Assembly: GCA_963664875.1 (NCBI GenBank) | Contig: OY761611.1 | Coordinates: forward strand, 2,048,001-2,112,000 | Reading direction: 5' to 3' | Origin: Candidatus Kapaibacterium sp. | Lineage (GTDB): Bacteria > Bacteroidota > Ignavibacteria > Kapaibacteriales > UBA2268 | Length of the DNA: 64,000 nt | Part shown: positions 50,103 to 59,945 of the stretch, one piece after another | Layout: the number at the start of each line of letters is the position of its first letter | How positions within the stretch are numbered: position 1 is the stretch's first letter | Position numbers and translations under genes: made by a program | The notes under the pieces: model-generated | Seen by the model: the letters and a program-made list of their open reading frames with translations, nothing else | Database searches by the model: none | Told to the model about the DNA's origin: nothing

Positions 50103-52178
50103 ATGACCCCAAATCAATATGCAGATTTTATATGGAATATTAAAGAATACCTTAGAGATGATTATTCGGAGAAAGAATACGAAGAGGTAATCCTTCCATT
50201 TACACTGCTCAGAAGAATAGATTGCGTGCTTGAAGGTACACATAGCAAAGTAGTTGAAAGTTTAAATAAATATAAAAAACTTCCTGCTGGTACCTTGCAG
50301 GGCTTGCTAAGAAAAGCAGCAGGGCATAATTTTTATAATACTTCTCCTTTTACCCTATCTACATTATTGAACGACCCAAACGGTTTAAAGGAAAATATCA
50401 ACAACTACTTAAATGGTTTTAGTGAGAATATAAAGGATATTCTATACAACTTTTCAGGTGGTAAAGAAAAGGGACTTTCTCCGATTTATGAAACTCTCGA
50501 CCGTAAAAATTTGCTTTTTTATATTCTGAGAGCTTTCACAGAAGTTGATTTACATCCAAATGTAGTGAGCAATCATAACATGGGAACGATATTTGAAACC
50601 TTAATTAGGAAGTCTAAAGAATCTACTAATGAAAAAGCAGGACAGTATTACACACCACGTGAAATTGTAAAGTTAATGGTAAATGTTCTTTTTGCCGACC
50701 AAAAAGAGAAACTATCACAATCGGGTGCTGCATGTATGATTTATGATCCTGCTTGTGGTACTGGTGGTATGTTAACTACTGCTAAAGACCATCTAAAAGA
50801 AACTATTAATCCGAATCTTGATGTTTATCTTTTTGGGCAAGAGTTAAAAGAGCAGACTTATGCCATTTGCAAAGCTGATATTCTTATCAAGAGCAGTGAA
50901 GAGAAAAATGATGATTCCGAGAATATCAAACAAGGTAATACCATATCTGAAGATAAGCTACAGGGCAAACGTTTTCACTATATGCTGACGAATCCTCCGT
51001 TTGGTGAAGATTGGAAAAAGATTGCAGACTTTGTAGAAAAGGAAGAAGCTCTTGGTTCACAAGGTAGATTTGAAGCTGGCACTCCTGATAAAAGTGACGG
51101 CTCCTTACTCTTTTTACAGCATATGATTTCTAAGATGGAAACCAAAGCCAAAATAGGAATTGTATTCAACGGTTCCCCACTATTTAATGGAGATGCAGGG
51201 TCAGGTCCTTCTAATATCAGGAAATGGATTATAGAAAATGACTTATTAGATTGTATAATAGCCCTTCCTAAAGATTTGTTTTATGGTACAGGTATCGGTA
51301 CTTATATATGGATTTTATCTAATTTTAAGCCAAGTGACAGAGAAAATAAAATTCAACTAATTAATGCAACTTCCGATAGACATTATACTCCACTACGCCG
51401 AAGTCTTGGAAAGAAAATGGTAGAAATTTCAGAAAATCAAATAGAAGATATAACTAATCTTTATACTGATTTTAAAGAAGTTGACAAAGTTGTTAAAATT
51501 TTTGATGATATTGATTTTGGATACACGAAGGTAGTTGTTGAAAGACCTCTTCGATTGAAATATGCAATAACAGTCGACAAAATTCAAACATTTAAAGAAC
51601 AAAAATCATTTATCAGTCTTGCTGAATCTAATAAGAAAGATTCTGAGAAAGCAAAGATTGAAATTGAAAACGGCAAGAAGAAACAGAAAGAATACATTGA
51701 TGCTCTTCTTGCTATAAAAGAACTTAATAAAGAAATCAATGATAGAGAGTTCTTTACTGAACTTGACAAGAGCTTATCGTATAAGATACCAAAGGGTTGG
51801 ATTAAAACAATGAGAAGTATTTTCGGAGACAAAGACGAAAGTGCTGATAAAGTTTTACTTGATCCGTTTGCTAAAAAGATTCCTTCTTTAGAAGAGATGG
51901 ATTCCAATCCAAGTAAATATTACGAAGTTGATACCGACTTAAGAGACTCTGAAAGTATTCCATTAAAGCAGAATATAGAAGAATACTTCAAAAAAGAAGT
52001 TTTGCCTTTTGCTCCTGATGCTTGGATGGATAGAGATAAAGATAAGATTGGTTATACTATAAGCTTTACTAAATACTTCTATGAATATAAGCCTTTGAGA
52101 AATTTAGAAGATATTATGTCGGAATTTAAAGCACTTGATGACGAAACGGAAGAAATGATTAAACAAATAGAAGATTAG
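50103..52178 (+). CDS. hsdM: Type I restriction-modification methyltransferase subunit
   Basis: ILPFTLLRRIDC, GQYYTPRE, YDPACGTGG, NPPF, GSPLF, FTKYFY. Confidence 0.95.
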   Translation: MTPNQYADFIWNIKEYLRDDYSEKEYEEVILPFTLLRRIDCVLEGTHSKVVESLNKYKKLPAGTLQGLLRKAAGHNFYNTSPFTLSTLLNDPNGLKENINNYLNGFSENIKDILYNFSGGKEKGLSPIYETLDRKNLLFYILRAFTEVDLHPNVVSNHNMGTIFETLIRKSKESTNEKAGQYYTPREIVKLMVNVLFADQKEKLSQSGAACMIYDPACGTGGMLTTAKDHLKETINPNLDVYLFGQELKEQTYAICKADILIKSSEEKNDDSENIKQGNTISEDKLQGKRFHYMLTNPPFGEDWKKIADFVEKEEALGSQGRFEAGTPDKSDGSLLFLQHMISKMETKAKIGIVFNGSPLFNGDAGSGPSNIRKWIIENDLLDCIIALPKDLFYGTGIGTYIWILSNFKPSDRENKIQLINATSDRHYTPLRRSLGKKMVEISENQIEDITNLYTDFKEVDKVVKIFDDIDFGYTKVVVERPLRLKYAITVDKIQTFKEQKSFISLAESNKKDSEKAKIEIENGKKKQKEYIDALLAIKELNKEINDREFFTELDKSLSYKIPKGWIKTMRSIFGDKDESADKVLLDPFAKKIPSLEEMDSNPSKYYEVDTDLRDSESIPLKQNIEEYFKKEVLPFAPDAWMDRDKDKIGYTISFTKYFYEYKPLRNLEDIMSEFKALDDETEEMIKQIED

Positions 52179-52261
52179 ATTGGATGCAGATAACTTATTT
52201 ATATAGCAATGTGTTTTTATATCCTAAACAAATATTTTTTATTTTGTTTTTGAAATTAATT

Positions 52262-52290
52262 TTTGTTTCTAAAAAAGTTTTGTACATTTG
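52262..52290 (+). promoter_or_regulatory. Bacteroidota-type sigma70 promoter for the ncRNA/Abi module
   Basis: TTTG at 52262 and TACATTTG at 52283-52290. Confidence 0.6.
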
Positions 52291-52350
52291 TTCAACAGTA
52301 GTCGCCACGCTTCCCGTTAGATCAGCGCATTATGGCGGCTCTTTTCATTT
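52291..52350 (+). ncRNA. abiF-type structured RNA (putative antitoxin)
   Basis: AGTCGCCA/TGGCGGCT outer stem, CGCT-TCCCGTTAGATC-AGCG inner hairpin, U-rich tail, directly upstream of the Abi gene. Confidence 0.78.
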
Positions 52351-52358
52351 TATGCCCA

Positions 52359-53297
52359 ATGGAATATAATAAACAAGCCAAGACCATAGATGAGCAGATT
52401 GCTCTACTGACTTCAAGGGGTATGCTTTTTGAGGATAATGAATATGCGAAAAACATATTATCCAAAATATCATACTACAGGTTAAGAGCATATTGGCTCA
52501 CCTTCGAAAAGGAAAATGTAACCCCTGACTCCCACTTTTTTAAAGCTAATACTTACTTTGAGCAAGTCGTAAAAACTTATGAGTTTGATAGAAATTTGAG
52601 ACATTTAGTATTCAATTCTATCGAAAAAATAGAGATTGCCCTACGAACTCAAATGATATACTGTGTTACGAATAACACTCAAGATATTACATGGTACACA
52701 AAAACTCAATATTTCGAAAAAGTGTATCACTTTAACAATCTTATGGATTTATTTGACAAGGAATATCAAGACAGTAAGGAAGTGTTTATTGAACATTTTA
52801 AAAGCAAGTATAACGACTCACCTTACCCTCCTGCTTGGATGGGCTTAGAAATTCTTTCTTACGGACAACTTTCTAAGCTTTTTAGCAATCTAAAAAGAGA
52901 ATACGGTAAATATGACATCGCTAATTACTTTGGTGTTCCTTTAAGATTGTTGTTGTCCTGGTTTGAAGCATTGACTTACTATCGGAATGTATGTGCTCAT
53001 CACGGAAGATTATGGAACAGAAAGTCACCTAAAGCTCCGATGTATCCTAACAAACCTAAACCGAACAAGCCCCCAATCTTCAAATGGTTAGATTTTGAAC
53101 CTGCTGAAGATAAAAAAGACAGATTGTATGGTAGCTTAGCTATTATTTATCTGTTGCTCAAACCTCTAAACTACCACGAAGAGTATAAAAAAGAGCTGTT
53201 CGATTTAATAAATTTATATAACTTTTTGCCTTTGCATTATATTGGCTTCCCTGAAAAATGGGAAGAGGATTCTTTTTGGAGCAGCGATAATGTATAA
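52359..53297 (+). CDS. Abi family (AbiD/AbiF-type) HEPN RNase
   Basis: EQIALL.SRGM, ISYYRLRAY, YEFDR.LR, IEIALR, PPAW..EILSYG, RNVCAHHGRLWNR (RxxxxH); likely start ATG 52359. Confidence 0.92.
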   Translation: MEYNKQAKTIDEQIALLTSRGMLFEDNEYAKNILSKISYYRLRAYWLTFEKENVTPDSHFFKANTYFEQVVKTYEFDRNLRHLVFNSIEKIEIALRTQMIYCVTNNTQDITWYTKTQYFEKVYHFNNLMDLFDKEYQDSKEVFIEHFKSKYNDSPYPPAWMGLEILSYGQLSKLFSNLKREYGKYDIANYFGVPLRLLLSWFEALTYYRNVCAHHGRLWNRKSPKAPMYPNKPKPNKPPIFKWLDFEPAEDKKDRLYGSLAIIYLLLKPLNYHEEYKKELFDLINLYNFLPLHYIGFPEKWEEDSFWSSDNV

Positions 53298-54621
53298 AAA
53301 ATATGATAAATATAAAGATAGTGGTGTTGTTGGAATTGAGCAAATTCCTGCGCATTGGAATATTAGGAGATTAGCAACTTTGGGTAAATTCTCTAAAGGA
53401 TTTGGTATTTCTAAGTCAGACATCTCAGAATTTGGTGAACCTGCTATTTTATATGGAGATATTTATACTAAATATTGTATTAGGACAACTACTTTTCAAA
53501 ATTATATATCAACAGAAACTGCAAAGTATGCAAAAAAAATCAGATGTAATACTTTACTGTTGACGGGTTCGGGAGAAACAAAAGAAGATATTGGCAAATG
53601 TATAGTGTATCGAGGTGCTAAATCTGCTTATGCTGGGGGTGACATTATTCTCTTTGAACCATCAGAAACCAATAGTCTATTGCTAAGTTATATATTAAAC
53701 AGTGAATATGTGAAAGCTCAAAAATATGCAATTGCGAGAGGAGATATTATAGTTCATATTTATGCTTCTGCTCTTAGAGAGTTAACACTTGCCCTCCCCC
53801 CATTACCTGAGCAACAAGCAATCGCTAATTTCCTTGAACATAAAACTAAGTTAATCGATAATATTACAAGCAATAGAAGGCGGCAAATAGAACTGCTGAA
53901 AGAGGAAAGAAAAGCTGTAATTAACCGGGCGGTTACTAAAGGTATTAACCCTGATGTTAAGTATAAGGATTCAGGTGTAGAATGGTTAGGCGATATCCCT
54001 GAGCATTGGGAGGTTGTGAAGTTGAAAAATATAGCTTCAATTAAAAATGGACGAGATCATAAACATGTATATGATGAAAATGGTAAATATCCTATTTATG
54101 GGTCTGGAGGAGTATTTGGTCGAGCAAATGAGTACTTATATGAAAAAACAAGTGTACTATTGGGTAGAAAAGGTACTATCGATAAACCTATTTTAGTAAC
54201 AGAACCATTTTGGACTGTAGATACAGCATTTTATACTGAAATTTCGCAGCAAGTTTTACCAACAATATTTTATTATCTATGCAAACAAATTGATTTTGGG
54301 AAATATGTTTATGGCTCAGCTCTTCCAAGTATGACTCAAAAAGATTTAAAAGAAATTCATTTTGCTCTTCCTACAATAAAAGAGCAACTTGAGATAGTAA
54401 ACTACATAGAAGAGCGAACTAATATAATAGACAAACTAATCAGCAAATATGAAAAACAGATAGAACTTTTAGAAGAATATAAAACTGTATTGATTTCAAA
54501 TGCTGTTACAGGACAAATAGATGTAAGGGATTGGAAGGCAAAAAGAATGGAATATGAAGATAGAGAAGAATCGTTCGGCTTGGATATAGCTGCTGAAGAT
54601 AGTGTTGAGTATGAGAAATGA
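53290..54621 (+). CDS. hsdS: Type I RM specificity subunit
   Basis: YKDSGV..IP.HW twice, LPPLPEQQAI, AVTKG/AVTGQID; start ATG 53290 overlaps the abi stop. Confidence 0.95.
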   Translation: MYKKYDKYKDSGVVGIEQIPAHWNIRRLATLGKFSKGFGISKSDISEFGEPAILYGDIYTKYCIRTTTFQNYISTETAKYAKKIRCNTLLLTGSGETKEDIGKCIVYRGAKSAYAGGDIILFEPSETNSLLLSYILNSEYVKAQKYAIARGDIIVHIYASALRELTLALPPLPEQQAIANFLEHKTKLIDNITSNRRRQIELLKEERKAVINRAVTKGINPDVKYKDSGVEWLGDIPEHWEVVKLKNIASIKNGRDHKHVYDENGKYPIYGSGGVFGRANEYLYEKTSVLLGRKGTIDKPILVTEPFWTVDTAFYTEISQQVLPTIFYYLCKQIDFGKYVYGSALPSMTQKDLKEIHFALPTIKEQLEIVNYIEERTNIIDKLISKYEKQIELLEEYKTVLISNAVTGQIDVRDWKAKRMEYEDREESFGLDIAAEDSVEYEK

Positions 54622-54683
54622 TTTTATATTATTAAATAGTTTTATTATTTTAAAACATTGTACATAAGTAAATTGGTGCAAAA

Positions 54684-55835
54684 ATGGGTGCAGCACTTAT
54701 AAATAATGCTATGCTAAAATGGGCAAGATATCGGGCAAAAGTAGAAATCGATGTTTTAACCAACAAATATCACAAATATAAAGATTGGGAAGAAGGGATA
54801 TCTAATCCCAGTTTTAAACAAGCTCAGAAGTTAGCATCATTATTGAAAGTACCTTTTGGCTACTTGTTTTTAAACACTCCTCCTTATGAAGTCAGACAAA
54901 CTGTAGATTTACGTACTATAGATGACATAAATTTATCTGAATTTAGTTTAGATCTTAAAGAAGTAATAGCTGATGCAATTCAGAAACAGGATTGGTTTCG
55001 GGACTACATTATTGATGCTGGTGCCAAACCACTCGAATTTGCATCTAAATATAGTCCGAGTTCTCCTATTGAAGAAGTTGCTGAGGACATAAGTACAAGA
55101 TTAAATTTGAGCTACTCTACAAGACAAGATATTTCCAGTAAAGATGCAATGTTACAATACCTAACTGAACAATCAGAAAAAGTTGGAATATTAGTAATTA
55201 GAAATGGGAAAGTTGGGTTTAATACACATAGATCTCTGAAAGTAGAAGAGTTTAGGGGCTTTGCTCTCCCTGATGAGTATGCACCTCTAATATTTATCAA
55301 TTCAGCTGATTACAGAGCCGCTCAAATTTTCACTTTAGTTCATGAGATAGCACATATATGGATTGGTATTGAAGGCGTTTCCAATTATTCAATATCTCAG
55401 CAAGCAAACAGACACTCAGAAATTGAGTTACGGTGCAATGCAATTGCAGCTGAAGTTTTACTTCCAACAGAGTTGTTTTTAGAAAATTGGCGTTTACACT
55501 CGGAAAGATTAGCACAAAAGTACGAAGCATTAGCAAATCATTTTAAAGTAAGTTCTATTGTTGTTGCGAGAAAAGCATTAGATATGGAGCTAATTGATAA
55601 AAGTGATTTTTTCGAATTCTATAATATTTTAGTTAAGAGATGGAACGCTTCAAAGTCAAAATCAAGTGGTGGGAATTTCAATGCGTCTTTTCCTATTTCA
55701 AATAGTAAAAGATTCACAAAGACAATTTTGTATGAAATCTCTAAGGGAAATCTGTTATTAAGGAATGGAGCGAGACTTCTAAATTCCAAAGCTTCTACTG
55801 TTTTTAACTACGGGAAGGACAGAGGGATTTTATGA
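54684..55835 (+). CDS. XRE-HTH + ImmA/IrrE family metallopeptidase
   Basis: LKWAR..WEEG..PSFKQ..LKVPFGYLF HTH; FRGF, FTLVHEIAHIW, CNAIAAEVLLP, FKVS. Confidence 0.9.
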   Translation: MGAALINNAMLKWARYRAKVEIDVLTNKYHKYKDWEEGISNPSFKQAQKLASLLKVPFGYLFLNTPPYEVRQTVDLRTIDDINLSEFSLDLKEVIADAIQKQDWFRDYIIDAGAKPLEFASKYSPSSPIEEVAEDISTRLNLSYSTRQDISSKDAMLQYLTEQSEKVGILVIRNGKVGFNTHRSLKVEEFRGFALPDEYAPLIFINSADYRAAQIFTLVHEIAHIWIGIEGVSNYSISQQANRHSEIELRCNAIAAEVLLPTELFLENWRLHSERLAQKYEALANHFKVSSIVVARKALDMELIDKSDFFEFYNILVKRWNASKSKSSGGNFNASFPISNSKRFTKTILYEISKGNLLLRNGARLLNSKASTVFNYGKDRGIL

Positions 55836-56317
55836 AATACTTAATTGATACTAATGTCTTTATTGAAGCTCACCGCATGCGATATCCTTTTGACCTTTTT
55901 CCTTCTTTTTGGGAATGGTTAGCTGCTAAATTTGATAATGGAGAAATTTATTCAACGGATTTGGTTTTACAAGAGATTATGAACGGTGGTGATTCGTTGG
56001 CAACATGGGTGAAACAAAAAAAGAACGATAATTGGTTTATATCGGAAAGTGCTGATGATTCACAGCATGAGTTTATAAACATTGCAAACAATGTTATGAA
56101 GGCGAATTTCAAAGATAAAGCAAAACAAGATTTTCTTGCTGTTGCTGATCCATGGCTAATTTCAGTAGCTGCTGTAAATAATATGACTCTTGTAACGCAA
56201 GAAAAATCAAATCCAGCAAGAACCAATAAGATTTTTATTCCTGATATCTGCAATCTCTACAAGGTTCCTTATATAGATACATTAGGAATGATTAGAGAAT
56301 TAAAAGGTAAATTCTAA
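55832..56317 (+). CDS. DUF4411-family PIN-like protein
   Basis: YLIDTNVFIEA..YPFD..PSFWEW, ADPWLI, VTQE, IPDIC; overlaps both neighbours. Confidence 0.88.
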   Translation: MKYLIDTNVFIEAHRMRYPFDLFPSFWEWLAAKFDNGEIYSTDLVLQEIMNGGDSLATWVKQKKNDNWFISESADDSQHEFINIANNVMKANFKDKAKQDFLAVADPWLISVAAVNNMTLVTQEKSNPARTNKIFIPDICNLYKVPYIDTLGMIRELKGKF

Positions 56318-59271
56318 TGCAAAACCCGAAAGAAAAGAATTTTGAAGATATAATATTTGATTACTTTTCTAAAAGTCCCTTATTTGTGGCACGTTCAAAA
56401 CATCAGTACAATCAGGAAAAGATGTTTGATGTTGAGCTCTTAGAAACTTTTCTCCGCAAGACACAGCCTGTAGAGTGGAAAAAATTAGAAAGGCAGTTCC
56501 CCGGACAAGAAATAGAAGAAGTAATAAAAGAATTTAATGCTTTAAGAAGAAAAAGAGGAATCCTCGACATACTTCGATTTGGATTTACACTTCGTGGAGC
56601 TAATCTCAAATTTGCATATTTCAAACCTGCATCTGGTTTTAACAAAGAACACAAAGAAAAATATGAAGCAAATAGATTCTCAGTTGTTCGGCAGTTCCAA
56701 TATAATACCTCACACACAAAAGAGATTGATTTAGTTATCCTTCTTAATGGTATTCCTCTTATCACAATGGAGTTGAAGAATGAGAACACAGGGCAAAATG
56801 TACATCATGCAATTAAGCAATATTCCGATCCGAATCAAAGAGACCACAGAGATCCTTTTTTTAAGGCATGTTTAGTACACTTTGCAGTAGATAATGAGTC
56901 AGTTTTTATGACAACACAGCTAAAAGGAAAAGATACTTATTTTCTTCCTTTTAATCGTGATACCAAAAATCCTCCAATAGAAAACAAGTATGCCTCTTCA
57001 TATCTTTGGGAAGAGATATTGCAGGCGGATAGCTTGCTAAATATTTTACAAAACTTTGTAATGCACCAAAAAGATAAAAAAGGTAAAATCCTTCGAGAAA
57101 AACCAATTATCTTTCCCCGATTTCACCAATTGGATGTAGTTAGAAAACTGCTGTCAGATGTAAAACAGACAGGAAGCGGTAAAAACTATTTAATTCAACA
57201 TAGTGCAGGTTCAGGCAAATCAAAATCGATCTCTTGGTTGGCACATCAGTTATCAAATCTGTTTGACAATGAGAATCAGAAAATATTTGACAGTGTTATT
57301 GTAATTACTGATAGGCGAGTTCTTGATCAGCAGCTACAAAAAGACATTTTAGAATTTGAAAATACTAAAGGTGTTGTAGAAGCAATTGGGAAAAACAAAA
57401 CAAGTAGGCACTTAGTAAGAGCTATAGAAAGCGGAGCTAAAATAATTGTTTCTACATTGCAAAAGTTCGGTACCGATAACATTGCACGTATTGCAGATTT
57501 AGGCTGCAGACGGTTTGCAATTATTGTTGATGAAGCTCATAGCTCACAGACAGGAGAAAACTCTAAGGATTTAAAAGTTGCCCTTACCTCCGAAGGTCAA
57601 TTAAAAGAGATGTTGATAGAAGATGGGTACGATAATGAAGATCCAATCGCAAATGAGCTTGAAAAATTGATGAAGCAAAGACAGCAATTACCACATTTAT
57701 CGTTCTTTGCATTTACAGCAACTCCAAAGCCAAAAACTTTTGAAATATTTGGAATACCCGATAAAGAAAGAAACTCAGGATTTAGAGCTTTTCACTATTA
57801 TACAATGCGTCAAGCAATAGAGGAAGGATTTATTTTAGATGTGCTTGAGAACTATACGACTTATAGTAGCTATTTTGAGTTGATAGAAAAAAGTGAAGAT
57901 GTAAAGACAAAAGAATATGAGAAGGGTACAGCTCGTAGATTGTTGCTCAAAGAAGTAGGCAAACATCCACATGCAATCAGTCAAAAAGTACACGTCATGC
58001 TTGACCATTTCATGAACAATACTATCAATAAAATCTCAGGTCAAGCCAAAGCAATGGTAGTTACAAGCTCAAGAGCACATGCTGTACTCTACAAAAAAGA
58101 GTTTGATAAAATACTATCAGAAATGTATAACAACAGAACAGAAGCACTTGTCGCATTTTCTGGGGAGGTGACTTTTGATGGAGAGAGTACTGTTTATACA
58201 GAAGAAAAGATGAACCCCAAAGATGCGAAAGATATTAGAAATGCTTTTGATACTGAAAAGTATAGGATATTGATTGTTGCAAACAAATTTCAAACAGGTT
58301 TCGATCAACCTAAGCTGCATACAATGTATGTAGAAAAGGTTCTTGGAGGAGTTGCTACAGTACAAACTCTAAGCAGATTAAACAGAAGAGCAGATAATAA
58401 AATTGATACAATGGTAATTGATTTTGTAAACGAACAAGATAAGATTAAAAGAGATTTTCAAGATTATTACCAATCAACGATGTTGGATAAAGCTACAGAT
58501 ACGCAGAAATTATATAATCAAAAATATGAAATCGAAAAGTATCAGGTATTTACCAAAGACGATGTGGATACGTTTATAGAGCTCATATTAGAGAAAAAAG
58601 ATAATAGTGGTAAGATTATTAGTTTAATTCAAAAAGTTATAGAAACAGGATATTTGACCTTAGATGATGAAGAAAAACCTGAATTTCGTAAGAAAACAAA
58701 TAATTACATCAGGTCATATTCTTTCTTATCTCAAATTATTACCTACATAGATATAGAGCTTGAGAAGTTCTATTTGTTTACTAAAATACTTTTTAAATAC
58801 CTGCCTTGGGAACGTGAGTCGCTGCCGTTAGAAATAACTGAGATGGTTGATATGGACAAATATGCTCTTCAAGAACAGGAAAACGGAAGTATATTGCTTG
58901 AAAAGCTTGATCAGATAATAGAAAACAAACAAAAAGACGGTCACGGGAAAAAATTAACTACTAAAGAAATGTTAGAAATAATTGTTACTGAAATCAATGA
59001 ACAATTCGGTTACGAGTTTAAGGACTTCCACAAAGTTATAAATGATGTTAAAGATTACCTCAAACAAAACGAATCTTTGAAAGCTACGATGCAAGCTAAA
59101 GATATTGGAGAAGCTAAACGTTTAAAATTCAACGAAGTCATAAACGAAGCTTTTATTGATAATATAGATAAGTTTATGGAAGTAGTTACAAAGATGGATG
59201 AAAACAAAGCATTTGAAAAATATCTTAAAGGTTCCTTATACAATTGGTTCCTAAGAGAACTTGACGAATAG
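56317..59271 (+). CDS. hsdR: Type I RM restriction subunit
   Basis: IDLV..NGIP..ELKN nuclease, QHSAGSGKS, DEAH, FTATP, KFQTGFDQP, VQTLSRLNR. Confidence 0.96.
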   Translation: MQNPKEKNFEDIIFDYFSKSPLFVARSKHQYNQEKMFDVELLETFLRKTQPVEWKKLERQFPGQEIEEVIKEFNALRRKRGILDILRFGFTLRGANLKFAYFKPASGFNKEHKEKYEANRFSVVRQFQYNTSHTKEIDLVILLNGIPLITMELKNENTGQNVHHAIKQYSDPNQRDHRDPFFKACLVHFAVDNESVFMTTQLKGKDTYFLPFNRDTKNPPIENKYASSYLWEEILQADSLLNILQNFVMHQKDKKGKILREKPIIFPRFHQLDVVRKLLSDVKQTGSGKNYLIQHSAGSGKSKSISWLAHQLSNLFDNENQKIFDSVIVITDRRVLDQQLQKDILEFENTKGVVEAIGKNKTSRHLVRAIESGAKIIVSTLQKFGTDNIARIADLGCRRFAIIVDEAHSSQTGENSKDLKVALTSEGQLKEMLIEDGYDNEDPIANELEKLMKQRQQLPHLSFFAFTATPKPKTFEIFGIPDKERNSGFRAFHYYTMRQAIEEGFILDVLENYTTYSSYFELIEKSEDVKTKEYEKGTARRLLLKEVGKHPHAISQKVHVMLDHFMNNTINKISGQAKAMVVTSSRAHAVLYKKEFDKILSEMYNNRTEALVAFSGEVTFDGESTVYTEEKMNPKDAKDIRNAFDTEKYRILIVANKFQTGFDQPKLHTMYVEKVLGGVATVQTLSRLNRRADNKIDTMVIDFVNEQDKIKRDFQDYYQSTMLDKATDTQKLYNQKYEIEKYQVFTKDDVDTFIELILEKKDNSGKIISLIQKVIETGYLTLDDEEKPEFRKKTNNYIRSYSFLSQIITYIDIELEKFYLFTKILFKYLPWERESLPLEITEMVDMDKYALQEQENGSILLEKLDQIIENKQKDGHGKKLTTKEMLEIIVTEINEQFGYEFKDFHKVINDVKDYLKQNESLKATMQAKDIGEAKRLKFNEVINEAFIDNIDKFMEVVTKMDENKAFEKYLKGSLYNWFLRELDE

Positions 59272-59305
59272 CATCAGAAGTTCCATATTACAAAAAACAT
59301 ATTTG

Positions 59306-59338
59306 AAAGCAGTAGGTTGATATTTACTGCTTTTTTTT
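59306..59338 (+). terminator. Intrinsic terminator
   Basis: AAAGCAGTA..TACTGCTTT with a T8 run. Confidence 0.8.
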
Positions 59339-59945
59339 GTTCTTAAGGACAATCAATTCATTGTAATTGCTTTGCATGAATTATACTTTCATATTATATT
59401 TATAAAATATGGATAAAAGTATAAAAAGTTTTCTTTTAATACACTTTTGGAGGGTTTGCAACTGATTGATATACAATGAGTTACTGTATGATTCTACACT
59501 TTTATATTTTTTATTCTATACCAAAAAAAAATTAAATAAATAAATATCTTATAAAAAAAACAATCTAAAATATCAAAAAAAAAGTGTAAAACTACATACG
59601 ACAATATATAAGTCCTTTATTATCATATTGTTACTGTTGTTTACGATAATCACAATAAAGTGATATCCCCTGATAAAAAAAAGGTGCAGCTCCCAATAGC
59701 TACACCCAAGGTTGATAAAATCTTTAATATTATACTATATATATCTGAATTTTAGAAACTTTAGATTTAACTCACTGATTTTTATCAATACCCTGCCTTG
59801 TTTTATAAAATTTTGCAATTCACATATATAAAGTGAAGAAGAGAAACTTTCAAAAGTAAAGATTTGTTTTTCAGATATATAAATAAGCAGTCCCAAAACT
59901 GCAAAAATAAGAAAGCAAAACATTAAAGATAAAGGTTGAAAAATC

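Noticed and set aside
52332-52358. ORF-track starts for Abi (52332) and HsdS (53242)
   Set aside because: 52332 lies inside the RNA stem; family N-termini fit ATG 52359 and 53290.
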